64,000 bases of DNA. Source: Nageia nagi. Lineage: Eukaryota; Plantae; Pinophyta. Where the stretch lies: the NCBI GenBank assembly GCA_050084985.1, contig JBITNC010000001.1, forward strand, positions 199,454,001-199,518,000. The letters are read 5' to 3'. The notes beneath the pieces were generated by a model. That model did no database searches. It was given only the letters and a program-made list of their open reading frames with translations, and was not told the origin of the DNA. Both the position numbers and the translations under genes were made by a program. Below are positions 52,301 through 64,000 of this stretch, in pieces (positions within the stretch are counted from its first letter, which is position 1; each line of letters starts with the position of its first letter).

Positions 52301-55300
52301 CACCAAGGAAACACAAAAGAAACCACCAGAAATTCAAGCCATTCTGGATTAGTATCCAGACATCTTTGGGGAGATACCTAAAGGCCTACCACCATCACGA
52401 GGTTTTGAGCACATGGTGGAGCTAGAAGATGGTGCCAAGCCTATCATAGTCACACCATACAGACATCCCAAAGCCTATAAATATGAGATCGAGAAGGCCA
52501 TCAAGGAGATATTGGATATGGGGTTCATTAGCCCTTTTGCATCTTCGATAGTTTTGGTGAAGAAGAAGGATGGGACCATGAGGATGTGTATTGACTATCG
52601 GCTGCTAAACAAGAAGACTATCAAGAACTGATACCCGATCCCAAGAGTAGACAAACTGATAGATGAGTTACATGGAGCCAAGTACTTCTCCAAGATTGAT
52701 CTAAGGTCATGGTATCATCAGATCCAGATGAAGGAGGCGGATATACACAAGACAACATTTCGATGCCACTTTGCCCACTTTGAATTCATGGTGATGCCAT
52801 TTGGACTGACCAACACAATTGCCAGTCCGCAATGAATTAGGTGTTCTAGGAGTAGTTGAGGAAGCATGTCTTAGTATTCTTTGATGACATATTGATCTAC
52901 AACAAGACGTGGGAGGAGCATCTCAGGCATCTAGAGAATTTGTTGAGGATACCGTAGGAGCAACGATTCTATGCAAAGTTGGCCAAATGTGAGTTTGAAA
53001 TGTTGGACATCTTGTACTTAGGACATATCATAAGCCATGAAGGGGTGAGGGTAGATGAACAAAAGATCTCTTCTATTCAGGAGTGGCCATTCCCTACAAC
53101 CCTCATGCAACTGAGAGGATTCCTTGGGTTATGTAATTATTACTGGAGATTTATTCATGGATTCTCTCACTTGGCGGCACCTTTCACATAGATCACCAAG
53201 AATGATGCCTTCGTTTGGAGTGATGAGGCATAGGAGGCTTTTAGGAAGCTCAAAGAAGTGATGTGCACGTCCCTGTTTGGCCATACCCAACTTTTCTGCC
53301 CCATTCATAGTGGAGTGTGACGCATCCAAATTGGGTATAGGGGCTGTGTTGATGCAAAACGGGTAGCCAGTGGCTTTCAAGAGTAGGAAGTTAACCAACG
53401 CTGAGAAGAACCTAAGTGTGTATGACAAGGAGATGTTTGCTATCATGCCTGCACTCAAGAAGTTCAAGCAATATTTGGTATGTGGACCATTTGTTATATG
53501 GAGTGATCACAACAGTCTGAATCTTAGCCAAACAGATCTCACTGAGAAGCAACAAAGATGGGTGAGTAAGTTGCAATTGTATGACTTTGAGATCCGATAC
53601 ATCAAGGGAAAGAAGAACACAGTCGCAGATGCTTTTTCCTGAAACCCGTCATTCTATTCACTCTCTACCATCATAGCCAAATGGAAGAGAGAAGTTATGG
53701 ATGAATATGCACAAGATGTGTTCACTATAGGGATTCTCAACGGATCAATCAGAAACAAAAGATATGTGGTCAAGGAGGGGCTGATTTACAAAAGGGAGAA
53801 AATTCTCTTGACACCCACATCTGAAGTGAGGAAGAAGGTGCTGCATGCACTCCATAACACACCCCTCGTGGGTCACCCAGGTGTTGTAAAGACCTATCAA
53901 GTCGTTAGGGAGAGATTCATGTGGAGAGGGCTCAGACAGGAAGTATTGACCCACGTCCGGGAGTGCACACAATGTCAAGAGAATAAGGATGAGTTGGTGA
54001 AGCCAAGAGGATTGCTTCAACCCTTGCCCATTCCCCAATAGAAACGGGAACACATCTCCATGGACTTCATCACTAGTTTGCCGAAAGTTTAAGGTAAAGA
54101 TAGCATCATCATGGTGGTTGATAGGCTCACTAAATTTGCCCACTTATTCGCTATAACCACCACTCACATAGCCATACAGATTGCATATTTGTTCTTTCGA
54201 GAAGTTTTCAGACATTGAGGATAGTCAACAATAGGGATAGCAAATTTATGAGTGTGTTTTGGCAAGAACTATTCAGGTTGATTGGAACAACCCTCATCCC
54301 TAGCACAAGTTATCATTCTCAAATTGATGGGTAGATAGAGATTGTCAACAAGTGGGTTGAAGGGTATCTACATCAGTATGTCATCGACCAGTAGGAAACA
54401 TGGGTCAAATGGCTCCACGTTGGGGAGTATTGCTACAACACTACTCAACATTCATTGCTTAAGATGTCCCCTTTTTGTGCACTATATGGATATGATCCCC
54501 CTAACTTTACAGATCTGATTTTGGATGAAGGTAGAGCTCCCATGGCTAACTAGTTTTTGTAGGAATATCAGGACATCCTAAGGGTGTTGAGAGACAACTG
54601 GCGGATGGCTCAAGAGAGCCAAAAGAAGTTCTATGATCAACACAGGACCAAGAGGAGTTTTGAGGTAGGAGACATGGTGTACTTGTGCCTGCAACCATGT
54701 CGCCAATCCTCACTCAAGAAGAGGAAAGCGGAGAAGTTACAACTATGTTTCTTTGGGCCTTACAAGATACTACATCAGATTAGGGAAGTGGCCTACGAAT
54801 TGGAGTTACCTTTGGGGAGCAGGATCTATAGCACTATCCATGTATCATTGCTGAAAAAGGCAATCGGACATTAGGACATCTCTTATCTGGTATTACCGCC
54901 ACTAGATGATTAGGGACAATTGGTCCTCGTACCGAAAAAGGTGTTGGAGACTAGAGTTAGGAAACTCAGGTACAAGCAGATCCAGGACCACCAATCAAGT
55001 GGAAGGATCTACTCAAAGAAGACTCAACGTGGGAAGGAGAGGACATTTTAGCCCATCTGTCACTTAGTTGCTTGAGGGCAAGCAATCTTAAGAGGGGAGG
55101 CTTTGTGCCATCCCATTTGGACCAATGATAAAATGTATCATGGTCACTTTGTATTCTAGTGTTTGTTCATAGTCATGTTGCACTTGTGTAATTAAAGCAG
55201 GAGCTTATCATCTACGGACCCCACTGTGAGCCTAGCAATAGGACGTCTCTCCTTGAGTAGTGTTGTGTTAATTGTAATGGGTTATCCCGGATTGTGGGAA

Positions 55301-57060
55301 TCCCTAGGTAGATGTGTGATTTATGTTCAGAGTGCCCAAAGGAGTGTGCCAACATTGGGAGGATTCCACATACCCTGTGTTGGCTTGGGAGGCTTCATGG
55401 ACCCCCACATCATCCTAGGAGGCCAATTGGACCCCACATCAGCCTTGAGGGTCTTTATGACCTTTAAGTTGACATACTGGGCCCATGGGACACCCACATT
55501 AGCATACTGACTTGTTGACCCCAACGTTGGATTATAATTGGCTTGGGATGATAACGAGGCATGACGGGTGTACATGAGAGGCTATATATTGAGGATGGAG
55601 CTCCATGATGAGGTATCACTTATTATACACTTTCTATACCATACCCAATCAGGCAGTCAAGTCTTAGTGGTGCTGAGCAATATTCCTAGATGGCGTCTAG
55701 AGGAGTGATAGGGTTGGGAGCTTGACATTCTTTGGCTTAGGTGGGTCACCTAGCCCATCCGGTGGAATTCCGAGGATGAACTTCTACCTTCATTGGTCAC
55801 CAAGGTTCGAGAAGACTCCTTCACAGGAGGGGATTTGGATACTGAGGGAGTTAGTCTTTCCCATTGCATGTCCAACTTGTTGAGGGTTTGGAACCCTAGA
55901 TCTGTGTGTTGTAACCTCCATTGTACTTCATGATCATATCATAATAAAATACATATCATTGTGCCTCTCATCATTCTGTTGTTCCATTGTGTGCATGCAT
56001 TGTGATATACTAGTGTTGGAAGCTTTGTTCTAGCTTTATATTGTTGTGTGTACCCATTGTTGGCATTCTTGTGTTGTGCATTGTTGTTGGGGGATCCTTG
56101 TTTAGTGTGGAGTGTAGTTTGAAAGGCCTAGAAGGCCCACTTGGGATTATTGGAGGGTTTGTGTTCCCTAGCATTGAGTTGTTTTTGTTGAGGGTAATTT
56201 TGGAAGATTACAGGATGTTAGTGTAGATAAGTCACCACAAGAGAAAAACTCTCTAACAAAAAGGATAATGAGAAGTAAGACCTTAAATGAATCCTTATTT
56301 ATCAAATTTGATAGCAAGAATGAGTTCTCATCATTCAAAGAAGCTTCAAAGCACGAATGCCAGATGGAAGCCATGAAAGTTGAGGATGAGGTTCTAATGA
56401 AAAAAACAAACTTGGACTTTGGTTCCCTATCCCAATAAATGGAACGTGATTGGAAATAAGTGGATTTACAAAGTCAAATTCAATTTAGTTGGAGAAATAC
56501 AAAACAAGGTTAGTATCCAAGAGTTTTGCTTAGAAATATGGGGTTGATTATGAAGAAACCTTTGTTCTAGTGGCAATAATCTTTGCTCTTTCAACAACTC
56601 AAGGATTGAAAGTTTTCAACTTGATGTCAAGAGTTCTTTTGTCAATGGTGACTTAGATATGGACATATACATGAATCAACCAAAAAGGTTTGTTGTGGAA
56701 GGCAAAGAGTTCTTTGTGTGCAAGCTAAAGAAATCGTATGGATTTAAGCAAGCACCCAAAGCTTGGTACAAGAAGATTTTAGGTTATTTTGAGGACATTG
56801 GGTTCTCCAAGTGCTTCTTCAACTCTGACCTTAGCTTCAACTCTCAACTAGCAGATGCTACTTCTTACATGAAATTAATTGGCAGTCTACTATATTTGAC
56901 TATTTCCAAACCAGATATTTTCTTTGCAGTAAATCTGATGGCACAGTTTATACAGAAACTATATGTTGAGTACCTCAATGCTGTTAAGAAAATCTTGAGG
57001 TATGTTGCAGGAACGAAGGATCTTGCTCTCAAGAATTCCCAGTTGCCCTTGTTGCTTCTT
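49360..57060 (+). mobile_element. Decayed Ty1/copia relic (INT then RT order) interrupted by element F
   Basis: Integrase motifs KRASQPPQLV, YTPQQNGVA (~49995-50025), LPSFLWGEVVNT and SSKCIFVGYD. RT motifs after 56217 include IYMNQP, VCKLKKSYGFKQAPKAWY and LIGSLLYLTISKPDI. Large internal deletions; no LTRs identified. Confidence 0.85.
50461..56212 (+). mobile_element. Element F: Ty3/gypsy chromovirus with RT-RH-INT-chromodomain-like tail but no gag capsid or protease
   Basis: LTRs 50461-51639 and 55104-56212, perfect TSD GGATG, PBS TGGTATCAAAGC at 51642-51653 and PPT at 55090-55100. RT motifs MRMCIDYR and FFDDILIY, RNase H ECDAS, INT GHPGVVKTY...CTQCQ, GPY, and KW..L...DSTWE. Many stop codons. 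Confidence 0.93.
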
Positions 57061-59290
57061 CCTTGTTTCTTCCTCTTTCTTACTTGGCTATTGACTTTTT
57101 CCTCTTTGTTGTCTTTTTCTTCTTGGCTACTATCAAAGTTTTTGTGTGAGCATAAAATGAAATATTTTTGTTTTTGCCTGCATATATGTCACTTTTAGGG
57201 TTTGGTAGGGGGTGAAGACATTAGTGGGTCCTACCCCCATACAATTTTTCACTTTTTTTTAATGTAAGAGTGAGTTTTGTTTTTTTGTTTTTGTGTGTGT
57301 GTTAATGCTAGTTGATCACCCAAAGGGAGGGGGAATGCTTGAATGTTTCCATGAACAAATGAGGAATGATTAGGGAGACTTAGAGGGAACAATCGCCCCC
57401 TTGCTTGGGGCATTCTTGAGAATGGCCCCTACCATTCCCCATAAAAGGGAGCAGGAAGTGAACATTCCCCAAGGCATTCCCAACTTCCCAAACTAGGGTA
57501 ACTAAGGACTACGTTCCCCAAGGGGGCAATGTTTGCCTGTTTCAACTTTAGTACTCTTCCTATAACGGCTCCAACTAAGAGTTTTACCTTGGTGTTTTCT
57601 TGATCATGGACATGAGAAATATGAAGGAATTCATCTCAAAAATAGTTTTCATTCTTCAAGCAAGTACAAATACTAATAGTCTTCTTCCTCCAAGAAGCCT
57701 TTAACTTCAATATCATGAATTACAGTACTTACTAATTAGTTATTCATGCTGCAACATTCTATATATGTTATTGTTCAAATGTATTATTATGTTTTCATAG
57801 GAATATTTAAAAATTCTTATTATTGTCGTACCCCTTTCATATCCAAAATCCAGCCCATGTTATACCCATCCTAGAAATGCATCTTGTCATACCCTATCAT
57901 ACCAGTATCAAAGACTTCATGGAATATAGTTATTTTTTATTTGTTAGTTTATAACAAATGATATTAGAACATGTTCATAGCAACATAGGGTGAAAAATCA
58001 ACAATTTTTTTCTCAAGAGACTTAACCAAAATTTGAATCTCTCTCATCCATGAAAAATTTTCAATGAAATTTGGAGGTTTTTCAAGGACAAATTAAAAAA
58101 GTTATAGTTCACATGTTTACAGAATTGGAGTTTTATTGATCAAGTTATTGTCATCATAATTTTGATACTATGTTTGCTCCCCAAGCTACAACAACAACAT
58201 ATTATTTAGCAATTTATTGGGAGCAATTGTAACATCATGCAAGTGAGCTAAAGTCAAGCTTTCAGCCTAATCAGAGTTATATCGATTGAATTATTGCAAA
58301 ATTAAGTGTCCCTGCCATATGTGTTCCACAGACCATTAAAAGTAAACTTTTCAATGTTTTTTTGTGAGCAAGTAGAAAAGTGGCAAGTACTTTAAGTTTA
58401 GAGCTGAAATTTTAGCTCGTTATGATTTGTATGAAGTTATTGTATGCTTAAGGTTTAAGTATAACCCTATGTCACATATTTTTAGCACATAATTTGCTCT
58501 TTAGATTCTTATTACACAAAATAATGGATTTTCAGAGATTTTTTTGAGATGTGACATTAAGTACGTCAACTACAACCCAAATTTTAGCTTGTTTTGGTTT
58601 GAAAAAGTTACTGCAATTTTAGGATTTGAGAATATTGTCATCCCATATGGTGCATTGTAGTGATTTATTTGGGATTTTTACACGTTGGAGAAACTTTTGG
58701 AAAAAAAGAAGGGTTATTTGAATTTCTTTGTTATTTGGGATTGTAGGCTGAAGTCTTTGTTAAACCCTTGGTCGATTTAGAGGGAAAATTGCACTCTAGA
58801 TGGAACTACATGATTTTGTCTGCAAATCTTGAATGCCTATGACTAATATTCTCATTTTGATTTTAATCAAGAGCTCATGTTGACATGGCCTAGACGGAAG
58901 AAGAAACTGAAGTTACAAGTCAAGAGATTTGATTACATTGATCCTATTGGTGCATAGCCAAAATTGAAAAATAATTTAGATAGCATGATGTACCTATTGA
59001 AAAAGGGTTTATTTAGCCTTAATATATTTGGGATCAAAAGTTTGGCGATGACTTCAACAGAAGCTTTGGAGAATGGATTATAGACCTACAAGGAGAAAAT
59101 TTGTGGCTATATTCATTGATAAGTATGATGAATCGTATCTGATAATGCAAACTCCATTAGTAGCTCCAAGAACCCTAAAGAAAGAAGATATGATTCCGAC
59201 TTTAGTTTTGATTTTGGGACTAACATAGTCAATGATTGTGTGGACTGAGATGAAAGTGCAAAGGAATTGTATTCAAAAAAATTGTTAACC

Positions 59291-59486
59291 CCTTAAAATT
59301 GATCCATGCATCCTTTATGGAAAAGTGGCAGATACTATAGATAAGACTCATAAAACATGAGAAACCATAGAAGCTATTGAGAGCAGAGAAAGCCTTAAAA
59401 TTGATCCACGCATCCTTTATGGTGAAGTGGCTGATACTATAGATAAAACATGAGAAAATGCAGAAATTAGTGAGAGCAAAGAAAGC
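59291..59486. repeat. ~100-bp tandem duplication within a degenerate TE-like region
   Basis: CCTTAAAATTGATCCA(T/C)GCATCCTTTATGG recurs at 59291 and ~59393. Confidence 0.75.
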
Positions 59487-61826
59487 ATTAGAAAAATCTA
59501 AAATAGAAAAAATTCTAAAAAAGAAGCATGGAGAAGACTGGAATTCAAAGAAGAATATTTTTGGTTCCTTTAACATTCTGCTGAAAGAAGTCTTTTGAAC
59601 GCAAAGACTTATACAATTCTGCTGTAATATTGGAGCATCCATCTTACAAAAACTCAAGGAGGTGGAAACTATAGTTAAAGGAGACATAAAAAGGGAACGT
59701 GAAGATACATCCAAGGTAGATTGAATGCAATATCCTCTTCCAAGGTGGATTGAAATGCAAGATATATAAGGAGCTTTGAAGGTACAATTTAATCATAATT
59801 TTAATTTTGGTGTTGATAAAATTTTAATTGAAATGGAAGATCCACAAGGAATTCTAAACGGCACATGCATCTAAGAGAAGTTCTTTTGAGTGTGAAGAAT
59901 TTTGTTTATGATCACATTAACTGTGCACATCCAGTTGTTCCTTCAATTTGCATGAAAATGGGATAAAAGACTGAGAAATGTTTATATGATATTACTTTTG
60001 ATTATCCATCCTTACATTTTGTTGAGCATATCATCGACCATGGGGACTCAGCACATTCCTTTTGTTGAGGACACCATGGACCATGGGAACTCTCAAGATA
60101 AAGACATTTTCCTTTGTGCTATTCCTTGGAACATATGATCCATATTCTTGCTCCTCTCATTATGTTCAGAAAGGAGTGCCATATGTTGATTATTCACAGT
60201 GAATTACCATGTGTACCATTGTTGGAATCTTTTAGTCATGATCTGAACTGCAATTGGTGCTTTTGGTGTGTGGGCATTCTTGTTATTGGATTTACTCAGC
60301 CTAGCTTATATTGCTTTGTATGGACAATACTTTGATTTTTGCTGTTAGACAAGCCCTTAGCACAAGAAAATCCTTTGTATTTACGGATTAAGATTGAGAA
60401 GCTAAAAGTGGAAAGGATTCAAAAGAATAGCAAGAAAAATATCTATGAGAAGACTTAGAGAAATCTTCATCAAGATACTAGCATTAGGAGATAATAAAAA
60501 GAAAATGACATGTTGGAACCATTACACAGTATGGAAGCGCAAGACTATGGATCAGTTATCAGAATGGTGTAGAAAAATCATGGAAACTATGCAGAATCTA
60601 TTGTAGAAGGAATATTAGGATGAGGACAAGAAATGGGAACTTGGAACAGCCACGAGAATTTTGAAATATGGAATTATAGCAAGTACCAAGAAGAACCCAC
60701 AAATGAAGGATGTGATCCTGGAACCTCGAACAAATAGGGAAAATGTCAAGAAGAACTTGGAAAAAACGATTACAATATGGGAGCTTAGAGAAATCTCAAG
60801 GACTTAGAAGATCAACTAGAGCAAAATAAGCTATCGAAGGAGCACATTTGAGATGAGTATGCATATTTATGCCTTCTTTTTTAATATAAAATTTTCAATT
60901 TTTCATCTATGAATTTTATGTTTCCACAAGCACTAATTGAAATATAGCTTTATATGAATTGCCTGTAGAGATAGGACCTTAGAAATATTCTGGAAAACCA
61001 TTTGGTTTCTTTAACAAAACCATGTATGAGTGTAGAAATTGGCTTATTGACAAACAAACATATATCCTTCCCTTTGGTAGTGTCATTAATTTCAATTTGA
61101 AAAAGGATCTTTTCAAGTAATTCTGTTTCTCAGATGTTGTGACTTTAAATGTTCTTTCATTTACTAGAGGCTGCACCCCTCTTGTAGAAGACACAAATAC
61201 TCCAGCTTGTACAATCAATTAATTCCAGCAACCCTGTACAAATATAGGTGCAGTTAGTGTTAAGAGGATTTCTTCTTTAATATACAACATATTTGCTTAT
61301 TACCCTATGAATGATTCACACCTACTTTTCCAACTTGTTTGGATTATAACCAGTTAGCTGATTTTGTTTTCTTTTTTCTGATATACATTTTAGCTTAGGC
61401 ATATATTCCAACAGCTCCTACAAACTTTTTCCTATTAAAACTGAATTATATTTTGAGTGGCTGAGTAGCTTGAGATTTTGGACTCTAATTACATTTCTTT
61501 TAATCTCATTTCTTTTATTAACATTATTTTTAATCATGAAATGATTCAAAATTAATAATGTAAAATTCGTTGATTCCAAAATGTTTTGGAAATATTATGA
61601 ATGTCACCAAGATAACTCTTACAAGATATATTGCATAGCATTGGGAAATCATTAATTATGTGTGTATTTTTATGTACGTACCAGGGAGAGAGCCAGGGAA
61701 GGAGGGAGGGAGAGAGAGAGGTATTTTGTCTTTGAGTTAATGTGTGTGTGATAGAGAGAGGTACTTTTCCTTTTGAGTTAATGTATCAAGAATTTAAAAG
61801 AGATTCAGTTGTGATCATTGCTGTAG

Positions 61827-61942
61827 ATTTAGTAGAACCAGTTCCACCAGTTTTGCAAGAGATTGTTGATCGTTTGCATCAAAGAAATTTGCTTACTGGA
61901 AATACAAGACCAAACTGCTGCATAATCAATATTTATAATGAG
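61827..61942 (+). CDS. ALKBH10: ALKBH10-like exon (2OG-Fe(II) domain, N-terminal part)
   Basis: ctgtAG acceptor (61825-61826) and GAG|GTGAGG donor. Encodes DLVEPVPPVLQEIVDRL...RPNCCIINIYNE, typical of ALKBH9/10. Phase 1 in, phase 0 out. Confidence 0.92.
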
Positions 61943-62248
61943 GTGAGGCATTACTTTTCAGTTTAGACGACAATTCTACATACTTGAGATGCAATATTTC
62001 AGAGAAAATAATAAAATGCAGAAGAATGAAGGTTGTAGGAAATTTCTTTTGCATTAAACAAAGAATTACTCTAGCATTATGGCCCAAAATCAAAGTCAAG
62101 AAGTTCGAATTTATTTGATTTGGCATTTTTAGTTGTTATATCCCAGTTCATTGCTTATCAGTATTGCTACATGTGTCCAACGAACAAATACTGATATTCT
62201 CTTCATGCATAAACTTCAAACTTAATGAAGGGATGGAATTTTGTGCAG

Positions 62249-62406
62249 GGTGATTATTCACAGCCTCACCTAAGTCCCCGTCATTTTGAACAACCATTCT
62301 ATACTCTTTCATTGATCTCAGAATGCATGCTGGTGTTTGGACAAGTTATCACAATGGATCATCCTGGTCAATATGAAGGCTCATTCAAGCTTTCTCTCAA
62401 AGCTGG
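62249..62406 (+). CDS. ALKBH10: ALKBH10-like exon (metal-binding region)
   Basis: tgcAG acceptor and GG|GTATGT donor. Encodes GDYSQPHLSPRHFEQPFYTLSLISECMLVFGQVITMDHPGQYEGSFKLSLKAG. Phase 0 in, phase 2 out. Confidence 0.93.
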
Positions 62407-63199
62407 GTATGTACTTATTATTAATTATAAGACTGCTAGATTTCACATGTTTGTTTACTTAGTTGGGAATCAGCGATAATTGGAGTCCTTTGCTCCTAGA
62501 TAGAGTGCACTGAAGCACATGACATATTTGCAGAAAAGAATTTTAAATTTAAAAAAGTGAGGCAGGAATGGGAGGCTCTTGGTTCAAGTCGTAGCTGGGT
62601 CCATTTTGAACTAATTAGCAATTCAGTGTGTGAAGATAATTTTCCATATACTGGTAGGCAAGTTGCGAATGTTACTCTAAAAGGAACATGGACAATAAAT
62701 TGTAATCAATAGTCATGTTGCAGTTTGCTTTCTTATGTTTGTTGGTATCGTACTAGATTTTAGTTTACTAAATTTGCTATTATAGTCTACACTGAAACTC
62801 AGTTAAGCAAGCTGAAAGTTCTTTTGAAAACTAATTATTTACAATGCTTGTTTACATGTCAATTAATATTATTATACATAGTGGAGGATGTTTTGTACTG
62901 GATCAAGTTTCTTGTCAAAACATTTCCTTATCTAGTCGCTAGAGTTTGTGTTATTGATAGTCATGTAGACTTATACCACGAATACTTAGCAATTAGCATA
63001 TATGCTCTGTGGTTGTTATTGTGGTTTATATCTTAACGCTCTGTATTATATTACACCATGGCTGTGGATTGTTATTATTTCTGTAAATTGTCGAGTCAAT
63101 GACCAAGCATAGTGATGTTTGTTCTAAGAACTTCAATTTGGGACTTAAATTTGACAGCCTTGATCTTCTTATACTGAATTTATGCATTCTTTCATGCAG

Positions 63200-63962
63200 T
63201 TCTATGTTAACTATGCAAGGGCACAGTGTGGACGTAGCAAGACATGCAATCTGTTCTTCACCAAAACGACGGGTTACTATTACTTTTGCAGAAATACAAC
63301 CTAAGAAGGCCCATGATTTCCAATCCTCACTTTCTGGCCTTCAACATCCTCCTTCACTGTCAGTAATACCTTTGCCAGTTGTTCACCGATCAAATGGAAA
63401 CACTCAAATCAATTCCCATTCTTTGGGAAGGATAACAAATTCTGCAGTACTCCATTATAAAACTGGTCCACCACTGGGAGCATTGAAACTACCCCTAATG
63501 CCCCATCTTGTAGCAGCTCAAGGAATTCAACCTTATATTACAGGTATAGAAGCCCGCCAATTGGCTTATCCACCTCTAGCACTCTTAGCAGCAAGATGGC
63601 CTAGACATAAATCTGGCACTGGAGTATTTCTTCCATATGAAGAGTCTGCAGCTGATTCACATTGTCCTCTATCCTCGTCTCAGCAGCAGCAAGGGCTAGT
63701 TTTGCTTTCACAGAATGATCTCTCTGCAGCTGACATAGTTTATGCCAGGTCTCCTAGATCTTCATATTCTACAAGTAGGTCATCAAAGGCTATACCAGCC
63801 AACCATGTGTCACTTAACAATCTTGATAGATCTATGAGACACTCCTGCTTTCTTTCTTCTTCAAAATATCCTATTAGTTCAATCGCTCCTACTGCTACAT
63901 CAAAAGCTACCACAAAAGATGCTGAGGAGGATACATTGAGTCACTCCAAAATTGGAATCTAA
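63200..63962 (+). CDS. ALKBH10: ALKBH10-like last coding exon (distal His, R-V-T-I-T-F strand, Pro/Ser-rich tail)
   Basis: atgcAG acceptor (63198-63199), phase 2 completing Gly. Encodes SMLTMQGHSVDVARHAICSSPKRRVTITF and the ALKBH10-family GTGVFLP motif. Open to TAA at 63960-63962; further splicing inside this exon cannot be excluded. Confidence 0.88.
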
Positions 63963-64000
63963 TATGAATGGAACAATTAAAGATAATGATGGAAGTTTAG

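Larger units (their letters stand above)
1866..61826 (+). other. Giant spliceosomal intron (59,961 bp), retroelement-filled
   Basis: GT...AG boundaries, matched phase 1/1, and the joined peptide (GTLK-D-LVEPVPP) is colinear with ALKBH10 proteins. No other host-like exon was seen inside. Confidence 0.82.

Noticed and set aside
57190-60860. MITE-like CATTCCCC/ATACCC repeats and a purine-rich gag-like region
   Set aside because: Too degenerate to assign boundaries or a family.
63099-63199. N-terminal part of the 287-aa ORF as coding sequence
   Set aside because: It lies upstream of the AG acceptor at 63198-63199, and homology starts at SMLTMQG. The same applies to the intronic extensions of ORFs 1727, 61742 and 62225.

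Overview
Plant nuclear DNA, most likely from a large gymnosperm-type genome (inferred from the giant intron and the TE types). The window holds the 3' part of one + strand host gene, an ALKBH10-family AlkB/2OG-Fe(II) dioxygenase (m6A-demethylase family). Four phase-compatible exons lie at 1752-1865, 61827-61942, 62249-62406 and 63200-63962. The first two are separated by a GT-AG intron of 59,961 bp filled with nested, decayed retroelements. These are three two-LTR elements of one ~1.2-kb-LTR chromovirus-related family (A 3864-10545, C 34481-48754, F 50461-56212), three solo LTRs of that family, a truncated Ty3/gypsy element (B) carrying an L1 LINE and another solo LTR, and a Ty1/copia relic. 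There are also two 7-8 kb units (D and E), each with a homologous ~1,100-codon decayed non-gag/pol ORF and no terminal direct repeats. The main findings are: (1) D, and probably E, look like giant solo LTRs with their own gene inside the LTR; (2) a fully reconstructable inversion with inverted duplications and flipped TSDs lies at 37.3-40.8 kb; (3) a covarying RNA hairpin cluster and 30-bp-phased AACGTG arrays are shared across the LTR family; (4) the L1 carries an extra ORF downstream of ORF2. All alignments were done by eye and no searches were run.
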